Source of the DNA: Candidatus Hydrogenedentota bacterium
GTDB taxonomy: Bacteria; Hydrogenedentota; Hydrogenedentia; Hydrogenedentales; SLHB01
DNA: 64,000 nt
Direction: 5' to 3'
NCBI GenBank assembly: GCA_963674865.2
Contig: CAXXYE010000009.1
Location: 928,001 to 992,000, forward strand
Below the pieces are notes generated by a model. That model was given only the letters and a program-made list of their open reading frames with translations, searched no databases and was not told where the DNA came from. Made by a program: the position numbers and the translations under genes. This document shows, one piece after another, positions 28,204-39,666 of the stretch (the first letter of the stretch is position 1; the number at the start of each line of letters is the position of its first letter).

Positions 28204-29328
28204 CTACAGTTGCTTCGCGTTTCGCTCCTTGAGGGCACTGACAACACGCCGGACATCCTGCGCCCGATCTTTCGGGATCACGAGCACTGCGTCCTCGGTG
28301 ACCACCACGGCGAGGTCACGCGCCCCGACGACGCCCACCGCCATCCGCTCGGCCCCGGCGTCGTTGTACACGATGCAGTCTTCGCAGTCCACGAGAATCG
28401 GAGCGCCCGCGGCCACATTGCCTTGATCGTCCTGCGGATGCGTCCGATCCAGCACCGGCCACGCGCCGGCGTCGTCCCAGGGGAAATCCGCCCGGGCCAC
28501 CACGACGTGCCGGGCCTTCTCCATGAGGCAGTAGTCGATGGATACGTTCTCGAGCGCCTCGAATATCTCGCCCACGCGGCCCGTATCGCCGGCCCGCATC
28601 GCCTCCGCCATGGCCTGTGTCGCCTCGGCGAGGCCGGGAGTTGCGTGACTCAACTCGTCCAGGAACGTGTCAAGCCGCCAGAAAAACATGCCCGAATTCC
28701 AGAAGTAATGGCCGGAACCGACGAATTCCTCGGCCAGGTCGGGATGAGGCTTCTCGCGAAACGCGGCCACTCTGTACACGGGCACCGTCTGTGCGTCGGT
28801 GGCCGTCCGGATATCCGCCTCCACCTCGATATAGCCGTATCCCGTTTCCGGACGCGTCGGTACCACGCCGAGCGTGGCCAACGCTCCTTGTTCCTCCGCG
28901 GCCGTCAGGGCCGCCTCTACAGCCCGTTGAAACGCGGGAGGATCGCCGATGATGTGATCCGCCGTCGTGACGGCCATCGACACCTTGGCGGGATCCGCCT
29001 CCACCGTCGCGAGCACGTGCGCGGCCGCGTACGCCAGGCAACCGGAGGTGTTGCGCTTGCACGGCTCGGCGATCACGTTGGCATCCGGCACACCGACACC
29101 CGTGGCGCGGATGGGCGCCACGAGATGCTCTCCCGTGGCAACAAAGACGCGTTCGGGCGGCACCACCGGGCGAATGCGCTCGACGGCCTCGTGGAGCATC
29201 GTGGTGGCCGGATCCGTCAGCCGCAGCAACTGCTTGGGGCGGAGTCGGCGGGAAACAGGCCAGAACCGCTCACCGGAGCCTCCCGCCATGATCACCGCAA
29301 CTCGCGTCGTGTCGGAACGCGACGTCAT
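28204..29328 (-). CDS. manC: Mannose-1-phosphate guanylyltransferase
   Basis: IMAGGSGERFWPVSR, PETGYGYI, WNSGMF, SIDY. Confidence 0.9.
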   Translation of the reverse strand: MTSRSDTTRVAVIMAGGSGERFWPVSRRLRPKQLLRLTDPATTMLHEAVERIRPVVPPERVFVATGEHLVAPIRATGVGVPDANVIAEPCKRNTSGCLAYAAAHVLATVEADPAKVSMAVTTADHIIGDPPAFQRAVEAALTAAEEQGALATLGVVPTRPETGYGYIEVEADIRTATDAQTVPVYRVAAFREKPHPDLAEEFVGSGHYFWNSGMFFWRLDTFLDELSHATPGLAEATQAMAEAMRAGDTGRVGEIFEALENVSIDYCLMEKARHVVVARADFPWDDAGAWPVLDRTHPQDDQGNVAAGAPILVDCEDCIVYNDAGAERMAVGVVGARDLAVVVTEDAVLVIPKDRAQDVRRVVSALKERNAKQL

Positions 29329-29730
29329 GCTTCTTCCTCCTTGGCGCTACACTGGACTTGCCTCTCGTGCGATGCCAGGGCCGCGGGCGAAAACTCGCCC
29401 GCCAACCGTACCGAGAATACCACATCAACCGGGGGCAAGATGAAGTGCGGGAACCCCTCTGGATCGCGGCTAAAACCTTCCTTCGCGAGGTAATGCGCTC
29501 GCCGTATGTGCATTTGCTTCAGCGATTTCTCAGGTTTCAAAGTGACTGTAGACAGGGAGGTTAGTTAGTGCTTGCGTCGGCGGCACGCTCTGACTGGCCC
29601 CGGCTCTCTTCGGCCTTGTCCATTGGGAATTCTTGCCGATCAAGGTGTTGACGGCCCGAAGGGCCGGGCGTAGACTGCGCACAGAGGATGTCGGGCAACC
29701 GGCGTCCCAAACGCGATGGAGGGAAGGGCC

Positions 29731-30300
29731 ATGTCTTGGCGAAAACGCTCCTCTTTCATAATACTGGGCATTTGCCTGGGAGTTGTGTGCTTCGTCGCCG
29801 GCTACCAGACTGCTATGCGCAAAGCAGCTTCGTCGATGCAGAAATCCATGGAAAGGGCTGCGCACAGCCAGGCGACTCTGTCCCGCGTTAGACAACACGA
29901 ACCTGGTGCCGTCCTACTAGAGTTCGATAAGCCAATTCAGATCAATGCAGCATCTGTCCCTGTCAAGTACCGGGACCAGGACCTCTCAGTTGTGCGTATC
30001 GGCGCAGGTGTATTCCGCTTGGGCAGAGATTTCGCACTGACAGGCAGGCTCAGCGCTTCGGTAGCGCCCTGTGAGTCTGGCAACTACCTGATCTGCGCCC
30101 GCGTCTTTGACGCAAGGGGGGCGATGCTCGGTGCTGCCTCACAGGAGGTACCTGTTGAGCTTGAGATAGTCAGCGGCGTAACGGTTACGGACTTCCCGGA
30201 CATTCAACTCGACTTTGGTCGTTCGAAGGACTTCAGCCGCGCTGCATTCCTAGCGGTGTCCATTGACAGACAGAGCAGCGCATCACCTACTGCAACGTGA
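29731..30300 (+). CDS. Hypothetical protein with N-terminal TM/signal segment
   Basis: MSWRKRSSFIILGICLGVVCFVAG; no family recognised. Confidence 0.55.
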   Translation: MSWRKRSSFIILGICLGVVCFVAGYQTAMRKAASSMQKSMERAAHSQATLSRVRQHEPGAVLLEFDKPIQINAASVPVKYRDQDLSVVRIGAGVFRLGRDFALTGRLSASVAPCESGNYLICARVFDARGAMLGAASQEVPVELEIVSGVTVTDFPDIQLDFGRSKDFSRAAFLAVSIDRQSSASPTAT

Positions 30301-30623
30301 CTCGGCCGAAACGAACACGTTCGTGAGCGACTCACCAAATGGACAAGCTCGGCCATTAGGTTTCGCGCGTGTGATTCTCGTGCCGTCTCCTGATATGGTT
30401 GTGGGAGAAACGGTTCGCCGCAAAGTGAGTCCGGCCGTGCGTTCGGGGCCGCAAACCAGAGGGAGGCAAATGCCGTGAGTTTTCTTGAGAGCATCTTAGG
30501 TTGGTTCAGCTACCTGACATTTATGTTCAATCGAGGCTTCTTCCTCCGCATCAACTTCGACTGGATTATCGATCAGTTGACTGGCGACCTCGGGCCGTGA
30601 GCCCCCGCCGGATATCGAGCTAG

Positions 30624-30725
30624 TCACGAAGTAAGCAGCGCCCGGACAAGGCCGAAGAGCACCACCGCGGCAGTGAGGGCGCCGGCGCAGAGGAAGATGA
30701 AGCGGGCTGTTCGCGTTTGGCGCAT
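30624..30725 (-). CDS. Putative 33-aa single-TM small protein
   Basis: MRQTRTARFIFLCAGALTAAVVLFGLVRALLTS*; GAGGA RBS at 30736-30740; starts 15 bp after the upstream stop. Below the ORF-track size cutoff. Confidence 0.45.
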   Translation of the reverse strand: MRQTRTARFIFLCAGALTAAVVLFGLVRALLTS

Positions 30726-30740
30726 TCCGGTTGTTTCCTC

Positions 30741-32087
30741 TCAAATAAGAAAGCGCTCTGCGTGTATCCTGCGATCGGGGACGCCGCGCGCGCGCAGCGC
30801 TTGGAAAACCTTGTGCATCATCGGGGGCGGGCCGCATACGTAGATGTCGGCCTCGGACAGGAATTCGCGCGCATACCTTTCGATGAGTTCGCGCGTGATG
30901 TAGCCACGCTCGCCCGGCCACGCATCATCGGCCTCGCTGAGGACATGGACGACTTCCACGTGCTTCGGCGAGAGAGCGAGTTCGCGGCGGAACACGATAT
31001 CATCCTCCGCGCGGTTCCCGTAAAGGCAGAGGACGGGCCGTGTATCGCCGGTGTCGTGGAGGTACCGAAGCATGCTGTAAATGGGCGTGATGCCGACGCC
31101 GCCCGCGATGAAGATGAACCGGCGGGCGCCATGATGTACGCAGGAGAAGCGCCCGTAGGGGGCGTCGATCAGCGCCATATCGCCTGGCTTGACGCGTTCG
31201 ATCTCGCTGGTGAAGTCGCCTGACTTCTTGATTGTGGCCTCGATTACGTCTTTCTGCGTAGGCGGCGATGAAATGGTAAAAGGGTGTTCCTCCCGATGAC
31301 GTCCCTCGGGGCGCAGTGTAAGAAACATGAACTGCCCGGGGCGATGGCGTGGGGGAGAGCCGGCTTCAGGCTTCAGCGTGAGCGTGAACGTGTTGCCTGT
31401 GCGCGGCGTCACGGCAACAACCTGACAGCGGCGCCGTCGAAAAGGAAGCACCAGGTTCCGATAGGCGAAGAAGCAGGCCGCGAGAACGAGCAGGAGCCAC
31501 CAGCAAATGCGGGGCGCAATGGGCCGAAGGTCGGCGCCTGCTGTGAGGCCGTGCAGGAAGCCCGCAGCGACGATCAGGATCATGCCTTTATGGAGCAGCC
31601 GCCACACCTGGTAATCGAGGTGAAGGCGCCGGAAGTACAGCGCGCTCAGAGTGCCCACCACGAGGCCCGCGAGAGCGATCTTACCGAGCACAATAGGCCA
31701 CGGCGTCTGAAAAGAGAATAGCCACGCGCTCCGGCGGCCCCAGGCAAGCAGGATGGGATGAAGAACCAGGAGTCCCATGGCGAAGACGCCCATGGCCCTG
31801 TGCACCTGCATGAGTACATCGAGTCCGAAGGGCCTTTCGACAGCCTTGGCTCGTGCGCTGAGCGCGACTTGGAGCGCAAGCAGGGCGAATCCGCAGAGTC
31901 CTGCCGCCTTCCCGGCTTCCTGCAGCACGCTTTGGCTGCCCGCGGGCCGGACAGCCAGGACGAACGCCAAAGGCGCCACGGCCAGGAGCGCATAGGCAGC
32001 TGCAAGGGCGGCGCCCCACGCGGTGGAATCCACGAGCGCGGGCCGGGGTGCTTGTCCCAGGCGTGTTTCTTGGCGAGTGCCTACCAA
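30741..32087 (-). CDS. Ferric-reductase-like TM domain fused to an FAD/NAD-binding oxidoreductase
   Basis: TM region with His residues; EEHPFTISS, GDFT, IAGGVGITP, YVCGPPPM. Confidence 0.9.
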   Translation of the reverse strand: MVGTRQETRLGQAPRPALVDSTAWGAALAAAYALLAVAPLAFVLAVRPAGSQSVLQEAGKAAGLCGFALLALQVALSARAKAVERPFGLDVLMQVHRAMGVFAMGLLVLHPILLAWGRRSAWLFSFQTPWPIVLGKIALAGLVVGTLSALYFRRLHLDYQVWRLLHKGMILIVAAGFLHGLTAGADLRPIAPRICWWLLLVLAACFFAYRNLVLPFRRRRCQVVAVTPRTGNTFTLTLKPEAGSPPRHRPGQFMFLTLRPEGRHREEHPFTISSPPTQKDVIEATIKKSGDFTSEIERVKPGDMALIDAPYGRFSCVHHGARRFIFIAGGVGITPIYSMLRYLHDTGDTRPVLCLYGNRAEDDIVFRRELALSPKHVEVVHVLSEADDAWPGERGYITRELIERYAREFLSEADIYVCGPPPMMHKVFQALRARGVPDRRIHAERFLI

Positions 32088-32142
32088 ATCGCTGCACCTC
32101 CACTGGACATCAGGAATACATGGTTCGCTAAGAGTCGCTCAA

Positions 32143-33276
32143 TCAGGGCTTTTCGCCCTCAAGGTCCATCTTGAGCGATAGAAAAGCGAGAAGATCCTTG
32201 AGCGTTACCAGGCCGACGAGCCGGCCGCCATCTACGACGAGGAGGCGGCTGTTTCCCGTCCGGTTCATAGAGGAGAGGGCCTTCATGGCGTCCTCATCCG
32301 GCCGGACGCTGTTCGCCGTCGAGCACTCCCCCATCAGTTCGCCAACCGTCACAATGGGCCAATCCTCGCGAGGGACCTCCTTGATCTCCCGCGTGCTGAC
32401 GCAGCCCATCAGCCTATCGTGCACCACCACCGGATACATTTTGTAATGGTATCGGTAGACGTAATCCTCGACGAGTTCGCGAATGGTGATGCCCGGGCCT
32501 ACCGTGACTAAGTCCGTCTGCATGAACCGGCTGACGGACTCGCCCTCGAGCGCGCGCCGTACCAAGAGATGCTTGTATGACATTTGAGAGGCCGTGCGCA
32601 TGAACATGCCGATCATGAACCACCAGAGTCCGCCAATAACGTCTCTTCCGAAGAGGGAGAGAACGCCGAGGATGATGAGGGCGAGGCCGAAGCCCGAACC
32701 GATCTGCGAGGCGATGTGGGTGGCCCAGCGCACGTTGCCACGCCAGGCCCACAGCCCCGCCCGCAGGACGCGCCCGCCGTCGAGGGGAAACGCGGGCAGC
32801 ATGTTGAAGATCGCGAGGACGCCGTTCAGCCAGGCCAGATACCGGAGGACGGTGAAGAGGGGCGTCCCGTCGCCTGCGGGCACCGTCTTGACGATGCCGT
32901 ATAGCAGTCCCGCGAGCAGTACGCTGGTGGCCGGCCCCGCCACGGCCATGAGAAACTCCGCGCCCGCCGTGTGAGGTTCGTCCTCCATGTCGGCGACGCC
33001 GCCGAAGATGAAGAGGGTGATGTCCTTAATGCGGATCCCGAGCGCCCGGGCAACAAGCGAATGCCCGAGTTCATGAAGGATGATGGAGGCGAAGAGGCCC
33101 ACGGCCCCCACGACGCCCATCCACCAGTAGGTAGCCTCCGGAAGATCAGGTGCCCGGCCTGGAAAAACGTTTGCGGCGAGCGTCCACGTCACCAGAACCG
33201 CGAGAAAGAGCCAACTGGCATCGACCCTTACCGCGAATCCGAAAAGCTGAAACACAGTAATCCGTCTTGTGAACAT
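32143..33276 (-). CDS. Site-2 protease (M50) with tandem CBS domains
   Basis: HELGH, NMLPAFPLDGGR, C-terminal CBS pair. Confidence 0.9.
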   Translation of the reverse strand: MFTRRITVFQLFGFAVRVDASWLFLAVLVTWTLAANVFPGRAPDLPEATYWWMGVVGAVGLFASIILHELGHSLVARALGIRIKDITLFIFGGVADMEDEPHTAGAEFLMAVAGPATSVLLAGLLYGIVKTVPAGDGTPLFTVLRYLAWLNGVLAIFNMLPAFPLDGGRVLRAGLWAWRGNVRWATHIASQIGSGFGLALIILGVLSLFGRDVIGGLWWFMIGMFMRTASQMSYKHLLVRRALEGESVSRFMQTDLVTVGPGITIRELVEDYVYRYHYKMYPVVVHDRLMGCVSTREIKEVPREDWPIVTVGELMGECSTANSVRPDEDAMKALSSMNRTGNSRLLVVDGGRLVGLVTLKDLLAFLSLKMDLEGEKP

Positions 33277-33411
33277 CCGGTGTTCTCCCTCAGCATCCCC
33301 GCCTACGGGGATGCGAGAAGTATGCCTCCCGCGCTGGGTGCTTGCAAGGAAGGGGCGGGAGCCCCTCACACAAAGGGCGTCGGCATCGGGCGCCATCTCC
33401 AAAGGCAAGTC

Positions 33412-35802
33412 TCATAGATTCACCTTTCGTAGGCGGAGTGAATTGCCGATGACGGAGACGGAGCTGAAACTCATCGCCGCTGCCGCAATCATGGGACTGA
33501 GCAACAGCCCGAAGAAGGGATATAGCACGCCTGCGGCGATGGGAACGCCGAGCCCGTTGTAGAGGAACGCGAAGAACAGGTTCCGGCGGATCGTGCGCAT
33601 GGTAGCGTGGCTCAGGCGCCGCGCGCGGGAAATGGCGCGCAGATCGCCCCTGATAAGTGTGATCCCGGCGCTTTCCACGGCAATGTCCGTTCCGGAGCCC
33701 ATGGCGATGCCTACGTGCGCCGCGGCGAGGGCGGGAGCGTCATTGACGCCGTCGCCGGCCATGGCCACGACGTGGCCTTCTTCGCGGAGACGCCTCACGG
33801 CGTCATGCTTGTGTTCGGGCAGGACATCCGCCTCGACATGTTCAATCCCAAGCTGTGCCGCGACGGCCTCGGCGGTACGCTCATTATCTCCGGTAAGCAT
33901 GTGAATCGTGACACCATCAGCCCTGAGTAGATCGAGTGCCTCCGGCGTCGTTTTCCTGATGGGATCGGCGACGCCCAGGAGCCCGGCGAGGCGGCCATCA
34001 ACGGCGATGAAAACCACCGTCTGTCCCTTGTCGCGCATCTCGGCGGCCTCATTGGCAATCACACGGCGCTCAATGCTCTGCTCATCAAGAAGCTCGGAGT
34101 TGCCCACGGCGACGCGCCGGCCTTGGACACGGCCGACGACCCCTTTGCCCGCCAGCGAGTCGAAGTCCTCGGCCTCCGCCAACGCAAGACTGCGTTCCTC
34201 CGCCTCGCGCACAATGGCGCTTGCGAGCGGGTGCTCGCTCGCCCGCTCCAGACTTGCGGCAAGAGCGAGGATCTCGTCCTCACGGAATTCGGCGACAGGG
34301 AAAACGGCGGTGACTCGGGGGCTTCCCTCGGTGAGCGTGCCTGTCTTGTCCACGATAATCAGATCGACCCGTTCGAGTGTTTCGAGCGCCTCGGCATTCT
34401 TGATGAGCACCCCCTCGCCGGCGCCGCGCCCGACGCCCACCATGATGGCCATGGGCGTCGCGAGGCCCATGGCACATGGACAGGCGACGATGAGTACGGC
34501 CACGGCGTTGACGAGGGCATAGGCAAACGAAGGGGACGGCCCCAGCCACGCCCAGAGGATGAAGGTGGCGGCTGACACGAGAGCGACGGCAGGTACGAAA
34601 TACGCGGCGACGGTGTCGGCGACGCGCTGGATCGGAGCGCGCGTGCGCTGTGCCTCCTGAACCATGCGGACGATACGGGCGAGGACGGTGTCCCGCCCGA
34701 CGCGCTCGGCGCGCATGACAAGTCCGCCCTGCTGATTGACGGTGCCTCCGGTTACCTGAGCGCCCGCCGTCTTCTGGACGGGCATGGATTCACCGGTGAT
34801 CATTGACTCATCCACCGCACCTCTCCCGTCGATTGCCTCTCCATCGACGGGGACTTTCTCACCAGGACGGATGCGTAGAAGATCGCCCGTCTGGACCTCT
34901 TCGATAGGAACATCTTCCTCCGTGCCATCAGGTTTGATGCGGCGTGCGCGCGCGGGGGCCAACTCAAGGAGGCCGCGAATGGCCCCCGTGGTGCGCTGTC
35001 GTGCGCGGAGTTCGAGAACCTGCCCCAAGAGAACGAGGGCAATGATCACGGTAGCCGACTCGAAATACACGGGAACGTGGCCGTGTGCATCCTGAAACGC
35101 GCTGGGGAAGACTCCGGGCGCGAGCGTGGCGATGATGCTGTAGGCGAATGCCGTGCCCGTGCCGAGGGCGATCAGCGTGAACATATTGAGATTCCACGAG
35201 GCGATAGACGCCCACCCGCGTTTGAAAAAGGGCCAGCCGCCCCATAGAACCACGGGCACGGCAAGAAGCATCTGGAGGTAGTCGAATCCCGGCCGCGGCA
35301 GCCGACGGCTTAAGGCGCCGCCGAGGGCCATGTCGCCCATGGCGAGGGCAAAGAGAGGCGCCGTCAGCGCCAAAGCGGCCCAGAACCGCCGCGTCATCGC
35401 CCTGAGTTCGGGCGCATCGCCGTCGGCATCGCCTCCCTTTGGCTCCAGATCCATGCCGCACCTGGGGCAGGCGCCCGGGCCCATTTGCTCCACCTCAGGA
35501 TGCATGGGACACGTATAGACGCTCGCGCCGGGAACGCCCATGTCTGCCTTGGATGCAAGAGAGACTCGTTGAGCGCCGCCGCTGTTTGCTTCTAGGCCTG
35601 GCCGGTTCAAGTAGTCCTCAGGCGCCGCGCGGAACTTGGCCAGGCAAGCCGGGCAACAGAAGTGATAGGTTGAGCCTTCGCGCTCATAGGCGAGGCCGGG
35701 CCGATCGGTGCGCACACTCATCCCGCACACGGGATCCTTGGCGTGCTCGACCGAATGGCAGCAAGTCTGCTCCTTGGAGCTTCTCGGATCGTTGGTGTTC
35801 AT
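33412..35802 (-). CDS. copA: Cu(+)-type P1B ATPase with YHS and heavy-metal-binding N-terminal domains
   Basis: DPVCGM...[36 protein letters not shown] and MxxSS motifs. Confidence 0.9.
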   Translation of the reverse strand: MNTNDPRSSKEQTCCHSVEHAKDPVCGMSVRTDRPGLAYEREGSTYHFCCPACLAKFRAAPEDYLNRPGLEANSGGAQRVSLASKADMGVPGASVYTCPMHPEVEQMGPGACPRCGMDLEPKGGDADGDAPELRAMTRRFWAALALTAPLFALAMGDMALGGALSRRLPRPGFDYLQMLLAVPVVLWGGWPFFKRGWASIASWNLNMFTLIALGTGTAFAYSIIATLAPGVFPSAFQDAHGHVPVYFESATVIIALVLLGQVLELRARQRTTGAIRGLLELAPARARRIKPDGTEEDVPIEEVQTGDLLRIRPGEKVPVDGEAIDGRGAVDESMITGESMPVQKTAGAQVTGGTVNQQGGLVMRAERVGRDTVLARIVRMVQEAQRTRAPIQRVADTVAAYFVPAVALVSAATFILWAWLGPSPSFAYALVNAVAVLIVACPCAMGLATPMAIMVGVGRGAGEGVLIKNAEALETLERVDLIIVDKTGTLTEGSPRVTAVFPVAEFREDEILALAASLERASEHPLASAIVREAEERSLALAEAEDFDSLAGKGVVGRVQGRRVAVGNSELLDEQSIERRVIANEAAEMRDKGQTVVFIAVDGRLAGLLGVADPIRKTTPEALDLLRADGVTIHMLTGDNERTAEAVAAQLGIEHVEADVLPEHKHDAVRRLREEGHVVAMAGDGVNDAPALAAAHVGIAMGSGTDIAVESAGITLIRGDLRAISRARRLSHATMRTIRRNLFFAFLYNGLGVPIAAGVLYPFFGLLLSPMIAAAAMSFSSVSVIGNSLRLRKVNL

Positions 35803-35864
35803 GGCGCTACCTATTAGAAACACGGAGGTCCCGCCCGGTATTCGCTGTGTGCCCCAAGCTGGCT

Positions 35865-36782
35865 TCAGGCCCGGGGATGGAAATCCTTGTGGGCTCGTGT
35901 GAGGCGCTCCACGCTGACGTGCGTGTAGATCTGAGTGGTAGCAATGTCGGCGTGCCCCAGCATCTCCTGAACGGCCCGCAGATCGGCGCCGTGATCCAGC
36001 AGATGGGTGGCGAAGGAGTGGCGGAGCATGTGGGGGGTGACATTCTGTGAGATATTGGCGGCGCGTGCGCAGTGTTTGACGACTTGCCAGACGCTCGTGC
36101 GGCACATGCGTCGGCCGCGTGTGGAAACGAACAACGTATCGCTGCGGGGCGTGTAGCGGGGACGGGCGCTGAGCCAGTCGCGCGCGCGCTCCATGGCCAT
36201 CGCGCCTAAGGGCACGAGGCGCACCTTGGCGCCCTTTCCGCGGACGCGAACGGCGCTCTCCTCGAGGGAGAGATCGCGGATTCGCAAGTGGGCAAGCTCG
36301 GAGATCCGCAGCCCGCACGAATAGAAGAGCTCAAGGATGGCCGCGTCCCTCAGCCCCCGATCCGTCGAGCGATCGGGGGCGCGCAGGAGACGCTCGACCT
36401 CGTCGGACGAAAGCACTCTTGGCAGGCTGTGGATGATTCGGGGCGAATCAAAGCCATCCGCCGGATTCGAGCTGGTGACGCTCTCATCGCGCAGAAACTG
36501 GTGAAAGCGGCGGATGGCGCTCAAATGACGAGCGGTTGAACGCGCGGCAAGGCCCTGCTTGCGGAGGTTGATGAGGTGGTCGAGGATGTCCTCCCTGAGA
36601 ATGTCCCCCGGCGCGGCGACGCCTTTCTCCTGGAGGTGATGCAGATACCGGCGGATATCCGCGGCGTAAGCACTGAGTGTTTTCTCCGCCAGCCCCGACT
36701 CGAACACGGCAGTCTCGATGAAGCGATCCAGGAGGTGATCGAGTGGCCCGTCCGCTCTTGCCTGTGTATCGGGAGACGGCAC
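35865..36782 (-). CDS. xerD: Site-specific tyrosine recombinase XerD
   Basis: [51 protein letters not shown]; no IntI-specific insertion. Confidence 0.9.
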   Translation of the reverse strand: MPSPDTQARADGPLDHLLDRFIETAVFESGLAEKTLSAYAADIRRYLHHLQEKGVAAPGDILREDILDHLINLRKQGLAARSTARHLSAIRRFHQFLRDESVTSSNPADGFDSPRIIHSLPRVLSSDEVERLLRAPDRSTDRGLRDAAILELFYSCGLRISELAHLRIRDLSLEESAVRVRGKGAKVRLVPLGAMAMERARDWLSARPRYTPRSDTLFVSTRGRRMCRTSVWQVVKHCARAANISQNVTPHMLRHSFATHLLDHGADLRAVQEMLGHADIATTQIYTHVSVERLTRAHKDFHPRA

Positions 36783-36871
36783 GCGTGTCCCCTTCGCCGA
36801 ATGCGCATCAAGAAAACCGCCCCGACGCAGCGCGCCGGGGCGGTTTAGACTACCTATACGTCGAGTCGCTA

Positions 36872-37537
36872 TCAGTCAACGATGGTGATCTTGAATACGG
36901 CCCGGCGGTTGAGTTTCCGGTTCGCCGGCGTGTCATTCGCTACGGCAGGTTGCGATTCGCCGTAACTGACGGAGGACACGCGCGCCTTATCGATGCCCGC
37001 TTCGACAAGATAGGCCATGACGGCATCAGCGCGGCGCTGGCCAAGGCCCGTATTGTACAAATCGGTACCGATATTGCACGTATGTCCCTCGATCACGACG
37101 GTGTCTTTGGAGTATTTCTTCAGCCAGGCTACGACTTCGTCGGCGGCAACCTTGCCCTCAGGTTTCAGCGTCGACTTGTCGAACTCGAACAAGACATGGC
37201 TGAAAGTGGGGATTTGACGCTCCACCTTGGCTGTCTGAGTCGGGGGAGCCGTCGCCGGAGGGGCCGGAGGCGCAGGCTTCTCATACGGGCCATATACGAC
37301 ACCGCGGTTGCCCCACGCCTCTGCATCGCCGGCGTTGGACGAGGGCGCCGTGGGCCACCACCAGTATCCTGAGCGCGCGGCATCCTTCATGGGTTCCGGA
37401 GTTGCGCCGCTCTGACCCCACCAGGACAGATCGTCCCAGACTTTTCCTCCGCCCGGACATTGCGCCAAAGCGGGAACGCACATACCGACAAGTGCGACCC
37501 CAAGCGCGATAAAAAGCACTTTTCTCATTGTGGTCAT
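36872..37537 (-). CDS. OmpA-family peptidoglycan-binding protein
   Basis: Signal peptide; VLFEFDKS, IEGHTC, LGQRRA, YGES, NRR. Confidence 0.9.
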   Translation of the reverse strand: MTTMRKVLFIALGVALVGMCVPALAQCPGGGKVWDDLSWWGQSGATPEPMKDAARSGYWWWPTAPSSNAGDAEAWGNRGVVYGPYEKPAPPAPPATAPPTQTAKVERQIPTFSHVLFEFDKSTLKPEGKVAADEVVAWLKKYSKDTVVIEGHTCNIGTDLYNTGLGQRRADAVMAYLVEAGIDKARVSSVSYGESQPAVANDTPANRKLNRRAVFKITIVD

Positions 37538-38067
37538 TTCCTCCTTCTCCGCTATCTTGCCCTGATACGCTAGAATCTACGAAATATGGACCTAAAACCG
37601 CTAAACCCCATTTAACCACAACCCCGACAACGTGTCAAGAAATGCCCTTCAAGAACACAGACGCGCGGATACGGGGACACCGCCATCTTCCTCGTTGTCG
37701 TGTAACATAGTGTACCACATGAATCTACGGCGTGCAAGACCCCGGTGGCCGCGTTGCCAATTGCGCCGCGCGTCAAGTGATTGGAGGCGAAAGCACTGGC
37801 GAAACCGACTGCCTCACCAGTTTGGCTCGCAGATCTCAAGAGATGGAGGCCTTTCAAGATACCCGGTGCGCGGCGCGGCCGAGTTGCCCGGCGATGCGGG
37901 AAAACTCCCGTGCCGGTGAGGGTTTACAGCGTTCTCCAACCTTCAGGAGGGGAAGGTATTTGAAATATGAGTAGATTCGCCCACCTCGTGCGCTTACCTC
38001 GATAAACGATGCCGTTGCTGCATGTTGTGCATACCGAACGCCGGCCCAAAGCTCCGGCCCGGACTTG

Positions 38068-39649
38068 TGTCAAGACTCTTTAGAAATGTCACATGTTGGG
38101 ACTCATTAGAAATGTCCTATGCTCGATGGTTGCAGAAGCGAGTTATCCAAGGTCTGTGGTCAGGTGCGTAGCAGCTGTCCCCAGACCGTCATATCCACAT
38201 CCAGCGCGAAGCGCGCGGGCGCATAGCGCTCGTCGAGGATGTGGATATGTGGGTAACTCGCGTGCTCACCTTTCTTTTGCGTTCATGAGAGGTAGGCGTT
38301 GGACGTTGGGCCGCCAGCGCTTGTAGGGCGCGGGGGGAGCGTTCTTCTTCTTGGGCTTGGCGGGGGGCTGGACCTGTTGGACTCGTTGCTGCCCTTCTCG
38401 TTTGTATTGCTTGACCGTGAGCCTGCGGTAGTCAAGGTCCTGGTCTTTGTAGAGCAGCCTGATGCCGCCGTGCAGATGGGTGCGGACCAGAATCCTGTCT
38501 TTGGGCCGGGGCAGAGGACTGTTGTTCTTGAGGATTTGGTAGTAATGATTCCCGAAACGGACGGTCCAGTCGTTTTGGACGACGCGCAGTTCCTCGAAGC
38601 AAAAAATGTCATGCAGCTCAAGGCCTTTGGGTGGAGGACGGTGATAGTCCAGTTCCTCACGGGGCGCAATGGCGAACTTGGCGTTCAGAGCGTCACAAAA
38701 GCTTTCGTAGAGCAGCTTGTCGGCGGTGGCGATGGTGGTGATGCGCCGCAAGGCGAGTTCCTTGACGAACCGGTTCTGGTATGTGCCGTTGGAGCGCTCG
38801 ACGCGGCCTTTGGCTTGAGGCGAAGTCGCGGGGATGATGACGATTCCCAGCTTATAGCAGGCCTCTCCGAATTGAGTCAGCGGCTCGCGCCCCGCCAGTT
38901 GCTCTTCGAGCGTGGGCTCCCGGCCGGTGATGTAGACGTTCTTTCGGTCCGTATACAGCGCCCGAGGAATACCGTATTTCTCGATCCACCGCCACAGAAG
39001 CTGCATGGCGGCCTGCTTCGTTTCTTGCTCGGCCATGAGCGCCAAGGTTTCTCCTGTGGCGTCATCTATCATGTTCATCAGACAAGTTTGGCCTTGGTCC
39101 GGCCCGAACCAGTGGTGGTGACTCCCATCCATCTGCACCAGCTCTCCGAAATGGGCTCGCCGCTCCCTGCGGGAGCGATGCCGGCGCCCGGTGTCTCCCT
39201 TCGCCCAGAGCCCCTGCTCAAGCAGCCAGCGCCGTAACGTCTCGTGGTCGATGCACAGGCCTTCCTCCGCCAGCTTCTCCGCGGCCAGGGTCGGCCCCAA
39301 ATCGTGTTCTCTATAGCGTTCCTGATAGCGCCGAAGGACTTTGTCCCGGAACGCGGCAGGCTTGGCTCGATTAGACGCCCGGCCCCGGTTGCGATGCACC
39401 AACCCCTCATCTCCCTCTGACACGAAGCGTGCGTGTATCCGCAGCGCCTGCCGGTAGCTCACTTCCATGCGCCGCGCCGCTTCCGCCAGGGTCATATGCT
39501 TTCCCACAACAAGCTCCAACAACGACTTACGCATCAATTCCTTGCGACTCATCTTCAAATGCCCTTCCACGGCAGCCCTCCAAGTGAAAGGCTCCAATTG
39601 TGACATTTCTAATGAGTCGAGGGGGTGACACTATCAAAGAGTCGCGACA
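38068..39649 (-). mobile_element. IS1202-family (formerly ISNCY) insertion sequence, 1582 bp
   Basis: 25-bp imperfect terminal IRs TGTC..GACTCTTT.....TGTCAC with subterminal repeats; perfect 17-bp flanking direct repeat GCTCCGGCCCGGACTTG at 38051-38067 and 39650-39666. Confidence 0.92.
38266..39552 (-). CDS. DDE transposase, IS1202/ISNCY type
   Basis: N-terminal HTH, GELVQMDGSHHHWF, IDDATG, LYTDR, SPQAKGRVER. Confidence 0.92.
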   Translation of the reverse strand: MSRKELMRKSLLELVVGKHMTLAEAARRMEVSYRQALRIHARFVSEGDEGLVHRNRGRASNRAKPAAFRDKVLRRYQERYREHDLGPTLAAEKLAEEGLCIDHETLRRWLLEQGLWAKGDTGRRHRSRRERRAHFGELVQMDGSHHHWFGPDQGQTCLMNMIDDATGETLALMAEQETKQAAMQLLWRWIEKYGIPRALYTDRKNVYITGREPTLEEQLAGREPLTQFGEACYKLGIVIIPATSPQAKGRVERSNGTYQNRFVKELALRRITTIATADKLLYESFCDALNAKFAIAPREELDYHRPPPKGLELHDIFCFEELRVVQNDWTVRFGNHYYQILKNNSPLPRPKDRILVRTHLHGGIRLLYKDQDLDYRRLTVKQYKREGQQRVQQVQPPAKPKKKNAPPAPYKRWRPNVQRLPLMNAKER

Positions 39650-39666
39650 GCTCCGGCCCGGACTTG

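Noticed and set aside
33412..36318. 968-aa ATPase ORF overlapping xerD, and similar 5' over-extensions (19172, 17661, 58135, 39600, 10735, 14934)
   Set aside because: The extensions are open-frame run-ins overlapping real upstream genes, IS ends or attC sites; starts were reassigned using RBS and domain boundaries.
35865..36782. Tyrosine recombinase as the integron integrase for the attC array
   Set aside because: It has a canonical XerD sequence (ending HPRA), lacks the IntI-specific insertion before HxLRH, and lies 20 kb from the array.
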